NCBI GenBank assembly: GCA_004431415.1
Contig: QPMI01000640.1
Coordinates: 128,816 to 192,815, forward strand
DNA from: Cyanophora paradoxa CCMP329
Lineage: Eukaryota; Plantae; Glaucophyta
DNA length: 64,000 nucleotides
Direction of reading: 5' to 3'
The position numbers were made by a program, and so were the translations under genes. Shown here in pieces: positions 34,227 through 46,390 of the stretch (within the stretch, counting starts at the first letter, position 1; each line of letters starts with the position of its first letter). The notes under the pieces are model-generated. The model was given only the letters and a program-made list of their open reading frames with translations, searched no databases and was not told the DNA's origin.

Positions 34227-36339
34227 CTATATAACGTAGTCGCCGATATAGTCGTCGAGGGTCTGGTCCATCCCCTGCGCCCCGCCCCGTGTCGGGCCCG
34301 GGCCGGGGCGGGGCGCGGGAGGGGGCCGGGGGAGGTGGGAGGCGCCCGTCCCCCCGGGCACCTTGGCGGGCTCCATGTCCTTGTTGCGGCCAAGAACGCG
34401 CGCCGGCACCCCCACCTGGCCGCCCAGCACTCAGGCCCCCGCCCCGTGCCGCCGGCGCCGCAGAGTGGCCGCCCCGCGCGCACCGCCGTCACGTGAGGGG
34501 GTATGCTCTTCAGCACCAACGACCCCGCCCCGATCTTGGACCCGTCCCCGATCTGCACGGGGGGTACGGGATTCAGAGCCGGGGGCAAGGCGGTTGCTGG
34601 TGCTCGACGCACCGTGATGTTGCCCAGGACAGTGACGTTCGCGGCCAGCAGTACCCCGTTCCCGATCTGTACCCAGCTAAGCGATCCGATTCGGATCAAA
34701 AGGGGTACGGGCGCTCAGCACCTTCGGGTGCCGGTCGCCCGTTTCCTTGCCGGTACCCCCAAGCGTGACGCCGTGCAGGACTGGGGACGCAAAGGAATCA
34801 GGGGGCGCAAAGGGCCTGGAGGGGTGGCGCGGAGTACAGGCGCACTAGAGACATCGTCACCGATGACCGCCGTCTCTGCGCGTACCCTTTTCAGCCGATT
34901 CCTGAGGGGTACTCCAAAATGCGAGCAGCGGGAAAGCGCAGCGAACCGCCGATCACAACGCCCGTCGCGTGGTCGAGCTGAGTAGGGCAGATGGTGAGGG
35001 GTACTGAAGAAAAAGGGGGGGGGGGAGAGGGAGGAGGGAGGGGAAGGGGAAGACGCACGAGGATCCCCTTCCCAACGCGCGCAGCGGGGTGAATGTCCAC
35101 GTGGAAGCAGTCGCTGATCCGGGACTGGCGCCCGGGCACGCTTTAGAGGGGAGGGGGGGGTGGGGGGTGGGGGGGAGGGGGACGCGGCGGTCCCCGGGGT
35201 ACAGGACGCGAGCGCGCACCTGGAGGGCGAGCGCGAGGGGGATACGCTCGCGCTGCCACAGCGCGTGCGCCACGCGGTGCGCCTGCACGGCCTGGGGTAC
35301 GGCATCGGCGCCGGGAGCACAGGGACGGGGCGTGGGAGGAGGGGAGCACCTGGAAGCCCTTGAAGTACAGGAGGGCCTGGCTGTACCCTCGGCACGCCGG
35401 ATCCCGTGCCTTGACGGCCTGTGGCGGTGCAGAGCTCGGAGGGGGCGCGGACAGCGCCCGCGAGGGGGGTACGCGCGCACGCGGAGGTCGGCGCGGTACG
35501 CGTCCTGGATGCCGGGGTCGCTCCTGATGACCTGCTTGAAGAGCTGCGGGGGGTGTCGCAGAGGGACGAGGTCGGCAGGCGGGTACGGCGGCGCCGCGCG
35601 GGGCGGGGCGGGCACCTCCATGAGCTGCGTGGCGAGGAGGGTGGGGGAAGCCAGCTTGTTGGCGAGGTGAAAGGCCTGCGCGCGGCGCAAGGCGGCCCTC
35701 AGCGGCGCGCTCAATTCGAAGCGACGCGCTCCGAAGCGGGCCGCACGAGGGAGTCGTCGAGAGAGCCTGCGGCGCGGCGGGCGGGCGGGCGGGCGCTCAG
35801 CGGCGCCCCAGCGACGCGCTCTCAGTGGCGCCGGGCCTTGAGGGGGGCGGGGCGCACTGTGGGCGAGGATGACGGAGTAGAGGAACGAGGCAAGCGCCGG
35901 CTCCTGCTGCGTGTCCGCCTTCGCCTCCGCCCGGATCTCCTCCCACAGCTCCCCCTGCCGGGCCCCGCGCGTGCGTTCAGACGGCTCCAGCACGAGCGAG
36001 CGGCGCGGGGGCATGTACGTCGTCCAGGCTCTCCGGCGGCCGCGCGGAGCTGGTGATGGCCGGTCGCTCTGGCGCCGCCGGCGCGCCGGACGCGGCGCCG
36101 GCGAGACGGCCAGAGCGGAGCGGCAGGACTGCCGCGCGGCCGCAGAACCTCCTAGCGGATGCAGAGAGCCGCAAATGGGCCGCCTCGCCCGCGCCGCATC
36201 CCAGAGCGCCGCGAGCGCCACGAACAGAGCGCCGGATGGCGCTCCGGCGCGTGCCTGGGGCCGCGCATGCGGTCTTAGCTTCGGTCCATGGCCAACGACT
36301 CGGCTGGCCGCTGACTAGCACCGGCGCGGCGAACAGCAT
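34227..36339 (-). CDS. cysE: Serine O-acetyltransferase with N-terminal organellar (probably plastid) transit peptide
   Basis: LWEEIRAEA...EPALASFLY, RDPAC, LLYFKGFQAVQAHRVAH.LW, VDIHPAA, DHATGVVIGETA, LHGVTLGGTGKETGDRHPKIG, IGAGSLVL, VGVPAR. N-terminal Arg/Ala/Ser-rich extension starting MLFAAP. Confidence 0.95.
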
Positions 36340-36479
36340 TGCATGAACCTATTCGAACCTGTACCCCGAAGCCACCGGTCAGAGCAGCACATCGGCAAGC
36401 CGCGGCGCGGCGAGCAGCGATCTGCGGCACGGTTTGAGGCGGGTGGCGCTCGGGGCGGCGCGTGCCGCCGCGTTGGCCA

Positions 36480-39400
36480 ATGGACCGCATCGTCAACCAG
36501 CGGAGCCTGCAGGTCCTGAAGTACGTCCCGCGCTCCGCATCGCATCAGCCGCCGCTGAGGCGCGTACGCGCGCCCCGCAGCTACTACGCGAACCTCAATG
36601 ACACGGCCGAGCTGTACTCGCACCGCCACGAGATCCACGACCGGGAGCCGAGCACGAGGCACAGGGAAGCGGCACGCGACCAGCCGCTCTTCGTGCGCCC
36701 CGCAGCGCCGCTCGGCGAGCCGCCGCCGCCGCTCTCCCGTCTGACGTGTGGTTCGCCGCCTCCGATCCGCGCCCTCGCAGCGGCGCATCCTGGCGTATTG
36801 GACGGACTCGGAGCTGCTCGTGTCATTCGTATACCTCGCGTCGCTCGGGATCCTCGGCGGCTGCCTCGCCATCCTCTACAGGTCCGCCCTCGCCGCCGCC
36901 GGCCGCGCCCTGCCCCTCCCGCCCCACCGCCTGCCCCGCGACGCGCGCGGCGCAGCTTCATCGAGGAGAACATCGTCCACCTGCACAACCTGCTGGGCGG
37001 CGACCCGGAGCTCTCCTGGGTGCGAATTCGAATTCGATGCAAGAGCACCGCTGCTTGGGCGAGGCGGCGGGGGGCGGGGGCCGCGCAGGTCCCCCCCGGC
37101 CCTGCCTCGTTCGTGGCCTTCGTCGCGCACACCGTCTTCTTCGCCGGGCTCGCCGGGGCGACCCCCAAGCTCCTGACCCCCCACGGCGCCGGCTCCGGTG
37201 CCGGCCCCCGCCGCTCCACGCCTCCTCCCCTGGGGATCCCTCACGGGGCGGGGCAGGCATCCCGGAGCTGAAAGCGATCCTGTCGGGCATCATTCTGAAC
37301 AAGTACCTCACCTTCCGCATGCTCCTCACCAAGGCGCCCGCCCCGCGCCCGGCCTCGACCCCGCGGCCCCGATCCGACGCCGCTCCCCCGCAGTTCTTCG
37401 GCCTCATCTTCGCCGCCGGCGGCGGGCTCTTCACCGGCCGCGAGGTGGACCCCGCATACCGCCCGCTTCCGCCCCCCGCGCGCCCCCCGACCCTTCCCTC
37501 TCCTCGCCGCCTCTCCGCAGGGCCCCTTCGTGTGCCTGGGGGCGTGCGTGGCGCACCTACTCTGCAGGCGCGCCCCTGCCCTCCGCTCCCTCCTGGCGAG
37601 TAGAGGCGCCGTTGGACTCACGCGGGGCCCGTGGCCTCAGCCTGCCGGTCTTCCGGGGCAAGTTCCTGCGCAACCAGCGCCAGCACCTCTCCATGCTCGC
37701 CGTCGGCGCCGCCGTCGGTGCGCCGCCCACAGGCCCCGCCCCGCTGCCGCCCCGCCTCCTCTCAAGGGCGGGGGCGGGGGCGGGCAGGGATCGTGTCGAC
37801 CTTCGGCTCGGCCATCGGCGGCGTCCTCTTCAGGTGCCGCCCCCGGCCCGAGGCCCCCGCGAGGGCCCCACACCAGCTCGCCCCGCCCCGCCGGGGCCCA
37901 CGAGTAGCCTCTAAGAGCTCGCCCACGAGCACGCTTCCCCGGCCCGCTCTTGCGCCGCCGCTGAGCGCTCCGCAGCATCGAGACGACGGCGACCTACTAC
38001 ATGGTCCGCGACATGTGGAAGGCAGGCCCCGCCCCGCCCCGCCCCCTGCCCTCGTCGTGAACGCGCGGGGCGGCGGGGCGCACAGTGCTTTTTCTCGTCC
38101 CTCGTCGTCTCCCTCCTCTACGCCTACGTCCGCTTCTCCGGCAAGGCGCGCCGCCGCCGCGCCGCGGGGGCCTCGGCCCCGAGGGAGGCGCTGAGGCGGC
38201 TTCGGGGGCGGGGGCAGGTGTCGGCGGTGGAGGGGACCTCCTTCGAGCAGGCGCGCCCCGCGCGCCGCCCTCGGCGCCGCTGCGGTCCGACGGGGTCGGG
38301 GGGCGGGGCAGGTGCGGTGGACGTGGGAGGCGGGGCTCTTCGTGGGGGTCGGCCTCCTCGCCGGCCTCTCCGGCGCCGCCTTCAACCTCCTCGTCCGCCG
38401 CGCCGGCAAGGCCCGCCCCGCCCCGCCCCCCGCCCCGCCCCGCCGCGCCCCCTCCGCGCCCCCTCCGCGCCCCATGGGCGGCGGCAGGCGAAGAAGAAGT
38501 GGCGGTGGACCCGCGAGAGCCGCATCGGCATCCTGTCCGCCCCCTCCCCCTCCCCTCTCTTCCCCTCTTTCCCGGCTCCGCGCTGACTCGCCTTCTCTCC
38601 TCCCCCAGCTGCGTCTGGGGCCTGCTGGTGGGGGCGATCTCGTACCCCCTGGGACCCTTCCTGCGCAACACCTTCGACGAGTCGATGAACGCGCGCCGCG
38701 CCCTCCCCTTCCCCCTCCCCCGCGCCCCGCGGGGAGGCCGCCTCAACGGGTGTGCGGGCAGGACCTGTTCACGCACGAGAGCCTCGCCGAGCGCCGCCCC
38801 GAGTGGTGCCCGCCGCCCCCGCCCCTGCCCACCCCCGTCCCCCCCTCCTCTCCTCCCCCTCCTCCTGCCCCTCCTCCATTCATCAAAGAAGCTCGAGCTC
38901 CCATAAAGCCAGCTTCCGTCTACATCGTGCTTTACGCGAGCCCATGCTTGCATAAAGCACGGTACAGGCGCCTGCTCCCCTGACGCGCCTGCGCAGGTTC
39001 GTGGCGGGCGCCGGGTCGATCGTGCCTGCGCTGCTGCTGCACGCCTCCGCCCGCCTCGTCCTCACCGCCCTCACCGTCACCCTCCCCATCCCGTCCGCCC
39101 CCCACTGCCCCCGCGGCCCCTCTCCCTCCCCCCCCGACCAGCCCCCGCTCCTCCCCCCCAGGACGGGCATCTTCGTGCCCTCGCTGACCTTCGGCGCCGG
39201 CTTCGGGCGCGCCTACGGCGAGGCCCTCGCCCTCCTCGGTACCCCGCCCGCTTTCCACCCCCTCGCCCTCTCAGGCCGCCCCCCGCAGGCGCCACCTCCA
39301 TCGCCCCGGGCATCTACGCCCTCGCCGGTCCCGCCCCCCTCCTCACCCCCCCCCCTCTCTGACGATGTACCCCCCTACCGCGCAGGGGCGGCGGCGGCGT

Positions 39401-41256
39401 GCACGGGGACGACGCACTCGATCGCGGTGGCGGTGATCCTCCTCGAGATGACCGGCCAGGCCCGCCACCCGCCCGCCCTCTAGCTTAGAGGCCCCGCCCC
39501 AGAGGCCTTCAGGGGGCAGGCGCGGGGCGCGTCGCCTTCGCGGGCCCCGCCCCGCCCCCCGCCCGCTTCCGACACCGGCGGCCCCCGCAGATCTACCACC
39601 TCCTCCACGTCCTTGTCGCCGTCGTGCCTACCCCCCGGCCCGGCCCCGCTGTGTCCCCCTGACCACACCTCAGCTGGTGGCATACGGCGTGACGACCTCT
39701 CTCTCCCCCTCCTACTACGAGAACGCCCTCGCTGCATACAAGTGTGTACCCCCAGAGAGCGGGGGTACACGCGGGGTGCCTGATGCGCCGGCGCCCGCCC
39801 CCGGGCCGCCCCCCGCAGCATCCCCTACATGCCCCTGCTCCGCCCCGCCTCCACCAAGGTCTCTTCCCCCCCTCGTCCCCACCGTTCTCCCCCGGCCCGG
39901 TACCCCCCTCGACCCCCCCGCCTCAGGAGACGGCGCACGACGTGATGGTGCGGGAGCCGATGCTCCAGTGGCTCGCCCTCGACTCCCCCCTCTCCGTGCG
40001 CCCGTACCCCCCCCCTCCCCCTCCTCTCCAACCCCTGCTGCACCCAGGACGTGCTGGAGTCGCTGCGGCGGAACAGGGACTTCCACGCCTTCCCCCTCGT
40101 CCTCTCCACCCGGTCCGCCCCGCTCGCCTCTGCCCTCTGGCCTCCCCCGGGGCGCTCAGGGCTGGGGGCGGCGGGGCGGGGCAGGTCGCGGCGCCTCGTC
40201 GGCGTCGCCACGCGGGCCTCTCTCGAGCGCGCCCTTCAGGTCAGAGGGGGAGGGGAGGCGGGGGAAGCGAGCGCCGTGACCGCAATCGACGGGACGCTGC
40301 CGGCTGACGGGGGGCGGCGGGCAGGAGGCCGGCCTGGTGGCGCGGGGGCGGGGCGCCGGGGAGGCCGACCCGACGGTCACCTGGCAGCGCTTCCACGTGC
40401 GATGCCGGGGGGCGGCCAAGGCGATGGCGAGCGCTCCCCTGAGCGCGCCCCCGCGCAGGACCGCTTCCTCAGGAAGGTCGGCGTGCGGGACGGGCCGGGG
40501 CCCGACGCGGGGCTGGGGCCCGGGTCCCCGCCGCGCGTCGGCCCTGCGGATGCGGCCGCCGGCGTGGGCGAGGTACAGCCCTGCACCCCCTCGCCGTCCC
40601 AGGGGGCTCATTCGGGAGGTACAGGAGCGGGAGGCGCCGCGGAGCGAGGGGCCCCGACCCCCCTCCGGGGCTGCCAACGATCTCGTAGAAGGGGTACCCC
40701 CCTTCCTCTAGCCATGCCCCCCTCCTGCCCGACGCCCGGCCCCCGCAGGCCGATGCGCCGCCCGTTTCGCCCCCCGGCCCTCCGTCCGCGACGAGCAGGT
40801 GCCGTACCCCCCTGCCCTCCCGCCCACCGTTCCCCTCTGATTCTGGGGTAGGGGCGCGCTCGCGTCCTTCGAGGAGGGGGGTCCGCTGTTTCCGGACGAC
40901 TCGCCCCCCGAGGGGCCCCGCAGGCGGCCCCCGGGAGGGGGTGCAGGTGACGAGGTATGCGGAGGAGCGGGGCGGGGGGTACGGTCGTGTACTCACGGCA
41001 GGGCAGGACCCCCCGTCGGCGCGGCCCCTTGGCGCCTGCTCCCCGAAGTACGACCCTGCACCCCTCCAGATCTCCGAGTGTACCCCCCTCACCAAGGTAA
41101 GCCGTGCCGTACCCCCACCTGCCCCGGTTCGAATCCGCGCAGATCCACTTCTACTTCACAATGCTCGCGTGCAACGCGCTGTACGTCACGGGCCCCGGGG
41201 GAACACTGGTCGGCGTCCTCACGAAGCGCATCCTGATCGCGGCCTCGATGCGGTAG
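36480..41256 (+). CDS. CLC family chloride channel/transporter with C-terminal CBS domains
   Basis: Spliced signatures GSGIPE, GREGP, GGVLFSIETT, GIFVP, THSIAVAVILLEMTGQ, SYY. CBS motifs TAHDVM, AFPLV and DPAPLQISE.TPL.K.HF.F.ML. Stop at 41254-41256. Confidence 0.93.
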
Positions 41257-41514
41257 CCTCATGAGCCCCCTGTACCCCATAGTACTAGAAATAGTCTGTT
41301 CTCCTGTGTGCAAATGTTTTACTGCATCTATGGCCTTCGCTGCACCGAATCGACTGATCATGTGAAATGTCATATGTGCTAAGCTCGCATGCTCCGGTTC
41401 TGTACGCCGAGGACTATACTACGATAGCTACTCCCTGCGGGGATGCCTGTCTGGATCTACACAATCTAGCTCAAGGTGCGCCGCCCCGAGTCGGGGGCCG
41501 GCCCGGCCGGGCGG

Positions 41515-42154
41515 TCACACTTCGGTCGTGTAGGTCGGGGCGCTGCCGCCGGCCCATCCCGCGAGGGCCGTGCCCTGCTTCTCCACATACGCCCGCTTGT
41601 TCTGCCGCTTCCTGCGAGGCCCCCCGGGCGTAACCAAACACGCCGCGCTGACGGCGCCGATGAGATCGCGAAGCGCACTTGTGTATTTGGTACGCGCAGA
41701 TGAGGATGAAGACTAGCGCGATGAAGGCGGCCGTCGCTATGAACATTCCTGCGGGGCGCGCCGCGGTGAGCTGCGCTGGCGGACGCCAGGCGTGGGACGT
41801 GGCACGCGGACTGCCCGCACCGATCATCGTCCAACCGAGGCCCTGCGAGGAAAAGACAAGCGAACGTCAGCGCGAGGGCGTGCGAGGCCTGGGGACACGC
41901 GGCGGCGTCGACAGGGAAGGCAGTGTTTCGGGCCGGTTGGCCCGCGTACACCAGCAGCTATCCGGGGTCGCCGGGCGGAGGCCTCGCGGATGCGCGAGAA
42001 GGATAGATCCCGGGCTCCCTTCACGACGCTGCGACGCGACGCCGCGGCGACGAACCTTGTCCAGACGGTGGCTTTCGTGGTGGGACGGCGCCCCCGCTTC
42101 GGCGCCGGTTCCCGCGCTGCTGCTGCCGCCAGTTTCGGCGCTGATGCTCGCCAT
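41515..42154 (-). CDS. Small single-pass membrane protein (5' structure uncertain)
   Basis: Three clean spliced exons give GLGWTMIGMFIATAAFIALVFILICAYQIHKKRQNKR...APTYTTEV-stop (TM helix followed by a basic cluster). Confidence 0.5.
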
Positions 42155-42512
42155 CGTGAAACGAGCCGCCGGTCAAGCGTGCACTAGACTGGGCCTCGAT
42201 AAACGGACTCCCGAAAGCGCGGTTTGCGTTTCGACGCTCGGTACAGGCTGTTCGATTCGGGAAATGAGCTGCGTGCTCGGCGGCGGGGCACAAGGGGCTC
42301 AAAGGACCGCTGGTTGGACCAGGTGGGGGGTACGCAACCAATTCCGCACCGCTCCCGCCCAGCGGCACGATCGATCGCTCGTTCGCAGCATCGCAGCGCT
42401 CGCGCTTCGCAGACCCAACGCTTTACTGCCTGTACATGTGTGTGTCAGGTGCAAGCTCCATGCGGCGATGCTGGCAGCGATGCAAATGCAAAATCTTGAA
42501 ACTTTGCTGCAG

Positions 42513-45295
42513 GTCGATCCCTGCGGCGTGTACAGGGAGGAATTTGACATCGGCGCCAGCGGTAGCGCTGCGGCCATCATATCGATCAAGCTCGAGGCGT
42601 GCGGGCACAAGCTCGAGGGGGCCGATCCCGCCTCGATGGCGGCAGCTCGCCGCGCGTCTTCTGCCCGTTCCCCTTCGCCAACTGCAGCAAGGAAATCGAA
42701 CTTGAGCCCGCCGCCGCGCCGCCGCTCACCCGCCGACTCGGATCCAGGGCTGCCCCCTCGTCTCGTTTAAGCCAGGCGAAGATGTGACCAAGTGCCCCTC
42801 GTGCAAGCGGCCCGTCTGCCGGCGCTGCGCCGGGTCGGTGTGTGCGCGGCCCGCTAGACGCTCTCGCATCGATTCGAGCAGTGAAGACTCGCTCACGGCG
42901 GCGCAGGAGCACCCGGACGGGGCCTGCCGGCCCCCTCCGGAGCCCCACGATGCGATGGCGGAGGATCTCGGCCCCCTCCCAGCGCACGTCAAGGTACCCG
43001 GCGCCCCGCCCCGCCCAGCCGGCCCGGCAGCCGAGGCGGCGCGGCGCACACACGTCGCCCCTCGACCGCCCCCCCTCAGGCGTGCTCCTCCTGCAAGGCT
43101 CCGATTGAGCGTATCAGCAACTGCGACCACATCGTATCCTCCCCTCATTCCGAGTTCACTCGCCTCCCTGCCCGTGTCGCGATCGCGACCTTACCCCCGC
43201 AGACGTGCCGGTGCAAGCACCAGTTCTGCTGGCAGTGCCTGACCTCCCACCTGTGCGCCCCCTCCGCCCCGCACCGAGCCTCGCCCCGCTCAGGCCGCGT
43301 TCAGGGGCCACACGCCATACTGCCCGCTTGTCCTGCCCACACCCCTGAATACGCCGCGAGGGCCCCCGAGCACGTGCCCCGACCGCCCGACGCGGACTGG
43401 GTGGAGCGTTCCGACGAGGCGCTCCGAGGCCGCGAGCTGCGGCGCGCCGGCGAGATCCTCGGGGTGCGCGTACGCCACCCCCCGGGGCGGAGCACGCCGG
43501 CCGGGGCCGACGATGGCGGGGGCGCAGGGGGCGGCAGCGTACCTGGAGGGGCGGGCGGGGCAGGAGGCCGGCGCGCTGGAGCTCGGGCGGGCGCTCGGGC
43601 GCATGGCGAGAGCCCTCGCTGCCCCCGCCGCCGTCGGCGATCGCGATGCCGTCTCCTTCCACCGCGCGCGCCACGCCTCCGACCCCGCCCGGCCTGTCCG
43701 CCCCGGCCTCGGGCCCTTCGTCACGCGCTTCCCTCTGGCTGCCCCTGCTGCGCGCCGTCCGCGCGCTCGATGCCGCCGTGCGTCCCCGCGAGGATCGCTT
43801 CGAGCGGCCCGTGCGCCCCCCGCCGGTGGCGCGGCGGTGCGCGGGCCGTGACGGGGCGGCAGGGGTACGTGGAGCTGGCGGAGGAGCGCCTCCTCCTCGG
43901 CCGCGCGCTGTTGCTGCGCATCGGCGGCGCCCACGAGGCCGTACCCCTCCTCCAGGCGCATACGCAGGCCAGCTCTGTAGCCCCGGCCCCACGGCTCATG
44001 TTCTTCCTCCCGCAGGAAGCCCTCAAGGATCTCCGGGCGGCAAACGGCGCCGCCTCGACGCCGGCGGCCGTCGCTCTCGCGGCCGCCTCCCTCTCCCACG
44101 CCCTCGCGGAGGCCAGCGACCCCGGCGCGGCCTCCCGCGCGGCCCTCGCGGCCTGCAGGCCCCTGCAGCCCGGCCCCGAGCCTCCGCTGGCGCCGCGCGC
44201 AGACGGCGGTGGTGGTGGTGGCCGCCGCGCCGGGCGGGCCGCCGCCGGATCCCGGAGGCGAGGCGGCCGCCTGGCGCGAGGCGCGCGCCGCCCTCGACGC
44301 CGCCGCCGCCGCCGCCGCCCGCGCCCCCGGTGCAGCGCCCCCGGGGGCGGCTGCAGCGGGGGTCCCGTCGTGCCGCGCCCCCGGGGCGGCTGCAGCGGGG
44401 GTCCCGTCGTGCCGCGGGGCGCGCGGCAGCGAAGCTGGGGCGCTCTGGCGGCGGCGCTGGGCGCGGCGCACCCGCGTGCGGCGGCGGCGGCGCGCGTCGC
44501 CGACGCGCGGGTGCGACCTCCAGGTGCGACCTCGCAACGACTCCCGCGTGAACTTCGGCTCGTTAGCTCATCAGAGCTGCATGGCGATCGTCGTTCGAGG
44601 CTCGCTGACGCGGGGCGCGCCGCGGGGCAGGAGGCGGAGGAGGACGGCGTGGGGGCCCTCGCCTGCTTCGCCGAGGAGTGCGAGCGCGAGCTCTGGGAGG
44701 CCCTGGACGCCGCCCGCGCCGCCCGCGCTGCCCTCGCCGCCCCCGCCCCCCGCCGCTGCCGCGAGAGCGAGCTCCGCCCCGCCCCTCGCTCCGCCTGATA
44801 ACCCCGCGCCATGCTCGCCATCCCCCGGCCTATCCTGGAGTCCTAGCGCACTCCTAGCCCCCGCGCCCCCCAAGCCCCGCCAGGAGCAAATCGAGCAGCC
44901 TTATCCTTCCCCCGCGTCGCAAACCATCCCGCAGGCTGACTTGGAGGCTGCGCGGCGGGAGCGCGGGCACGGGAGCGCGGGGGCAGCCCTCCCCGCGGCC
45001 GCCTTCGCGGAGGCGGCCGTGGCCGCGGGGCGCCGCCGCGCCGCCCCCGAAGCCCTCGAGGTGCCTTCCCCCAGCAGGCCCCGCCCCTCGCTCCTTCGCT
45101 CTAGATCTCCTGAGCCTCACGCTTCTTCCCCAGCAAGCGGAGGCGGCGCTGGAGGCGGCGCCCGAGCACAAGCCCGACGCCGAGCTGCGGGACTGGGGCG
45201 CCGCGAGCTTCGCCGCCCTCGCCGCCCGCGCCGCCCTCCGCCACCCCGACGCGCCCCTCGTCGACGCCCCCGCCGAGCTCGAGGCGAGCGCCTAG
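42513..45295 (+). pseudogene. RBR (RING-IBR-RING) E3 ligase-like gene with helical C-terminus, degenerate or mis-assembled
   Basis: Intact RING2 CSSCKAPIERISNCDHITCRCKHQFCWQC. IBR half CPSCKRPVCRRC..H...C. RING1 is broken (CGVY.EEF..CGHK, frame change, SRLDG..FCP...C). Further frame changes near 43335. Confidence 0.55.
44340..44418. repeat. Tandem duplication of about 39-40 bp
   Basis: ccggggcggctgcagcgggggtcccgtcgtgccgcg occurs twice head-to-tail. Confidence 0.85.
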
Positions 45296-46390
45296 ACGAA
45301 TGCAGTTTGAATAAAGGCTGAGGCGGCGGCGTGCGGTTAGCTTTCGATCGATATCAGCACTTTGCATGTGCACGTGCAGCGTTTTTGGAATCGGTCTCGC
45401 TTCGAATTCGGATTCTATACTCACAAACACCGGAGCGCCTTTCAAGCTCAAGCTAACGGCGGCCCGCGTTTGAGTTCGAATGCTGCGCCGCCTCGAGCTC
45501 ACCGCCGCGCCGCCGGCTGAGCCTCCTCCGCAGAGACGACGCAGGAGCGCCCCTCCCAGTTCGTCGCTCCGCACTGCACGCGCCGCGAAGCCGCAAGTGA
45601 ATTAGACGGCGCAGCGCGCGATCCAAGATCGAGAGCCCAAGGAATCCGAACTCGCGATCGAGCGGCCGCACCGAGCAACGCTGCTCCGGGGGCACGCTCG
45701 CTTTGACGGATTCGACGTGCACTGCACATGTGCAGAAGAGGGGGCGCGTCAAAGCTTAAGACACAGCTGCAGGCGCGCGGAGTTGGGGTTTGGGTTTGGG
45801 TTTCGGGCGCACTCCCGCAGCCCGTCCAGCTCGTTTTGCCGCACTGGGAGCTGCGGGAGGCGCGTCAGCTGCAGGGGCAGTGGGCGAGGCGTTGATCCCC
45901 GCCGAGGCGAGCGCCTGGCGCCCGCGTCACGCATAGCGCAGCAACACAAAGGCCGTTGGCGGGCTAAGAAGAGCAGGATCCGGAATGGATGATAGCTAAC
46001 GCTCGCAGCTTCCGCCCTGGCATCGACGGCACCGACGTGGCGCATGGGCGAGCTCGAGTGTTCGGCGGCACCGACGTGGGCGAGGCGACGACCCAGCCGC
46101 GAGGCGACGACCCAGCCGCGTGGCTTCTACCGAGCACCATTCTCTCAAAAGAACGCCGCACGCACCACTTGCACGGGCTGCACATTTTTGCTAAGGCTTG
46201 CTTCGAAACAACCGCACGCCGACTGAGCGTCGCGCGTCCGACTCGCGGGGCCGGGCGGGTACACGAATGACTGTTAACCTAAGAGAACTACGTATACACT
46301 TCTCTACCCAGTGTACGGGGGTCGACACACGAAGTTGGCCAGCGGCCTAGCGTCGAAGCCTGCTTATCCATAGCACGCGGCTACACGCCA

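Noticed and set aside
1-36339. Sulfur/selenium gene cluster (NifS-SelD plus serine acetyltransferase)
   Set aside because: The genes are 30 kb apart with six unrelated genes between them.
45784-45807. Interstitial telomere repeat (GGGTTT)n
   Set aside because: Only about three imperfect units.
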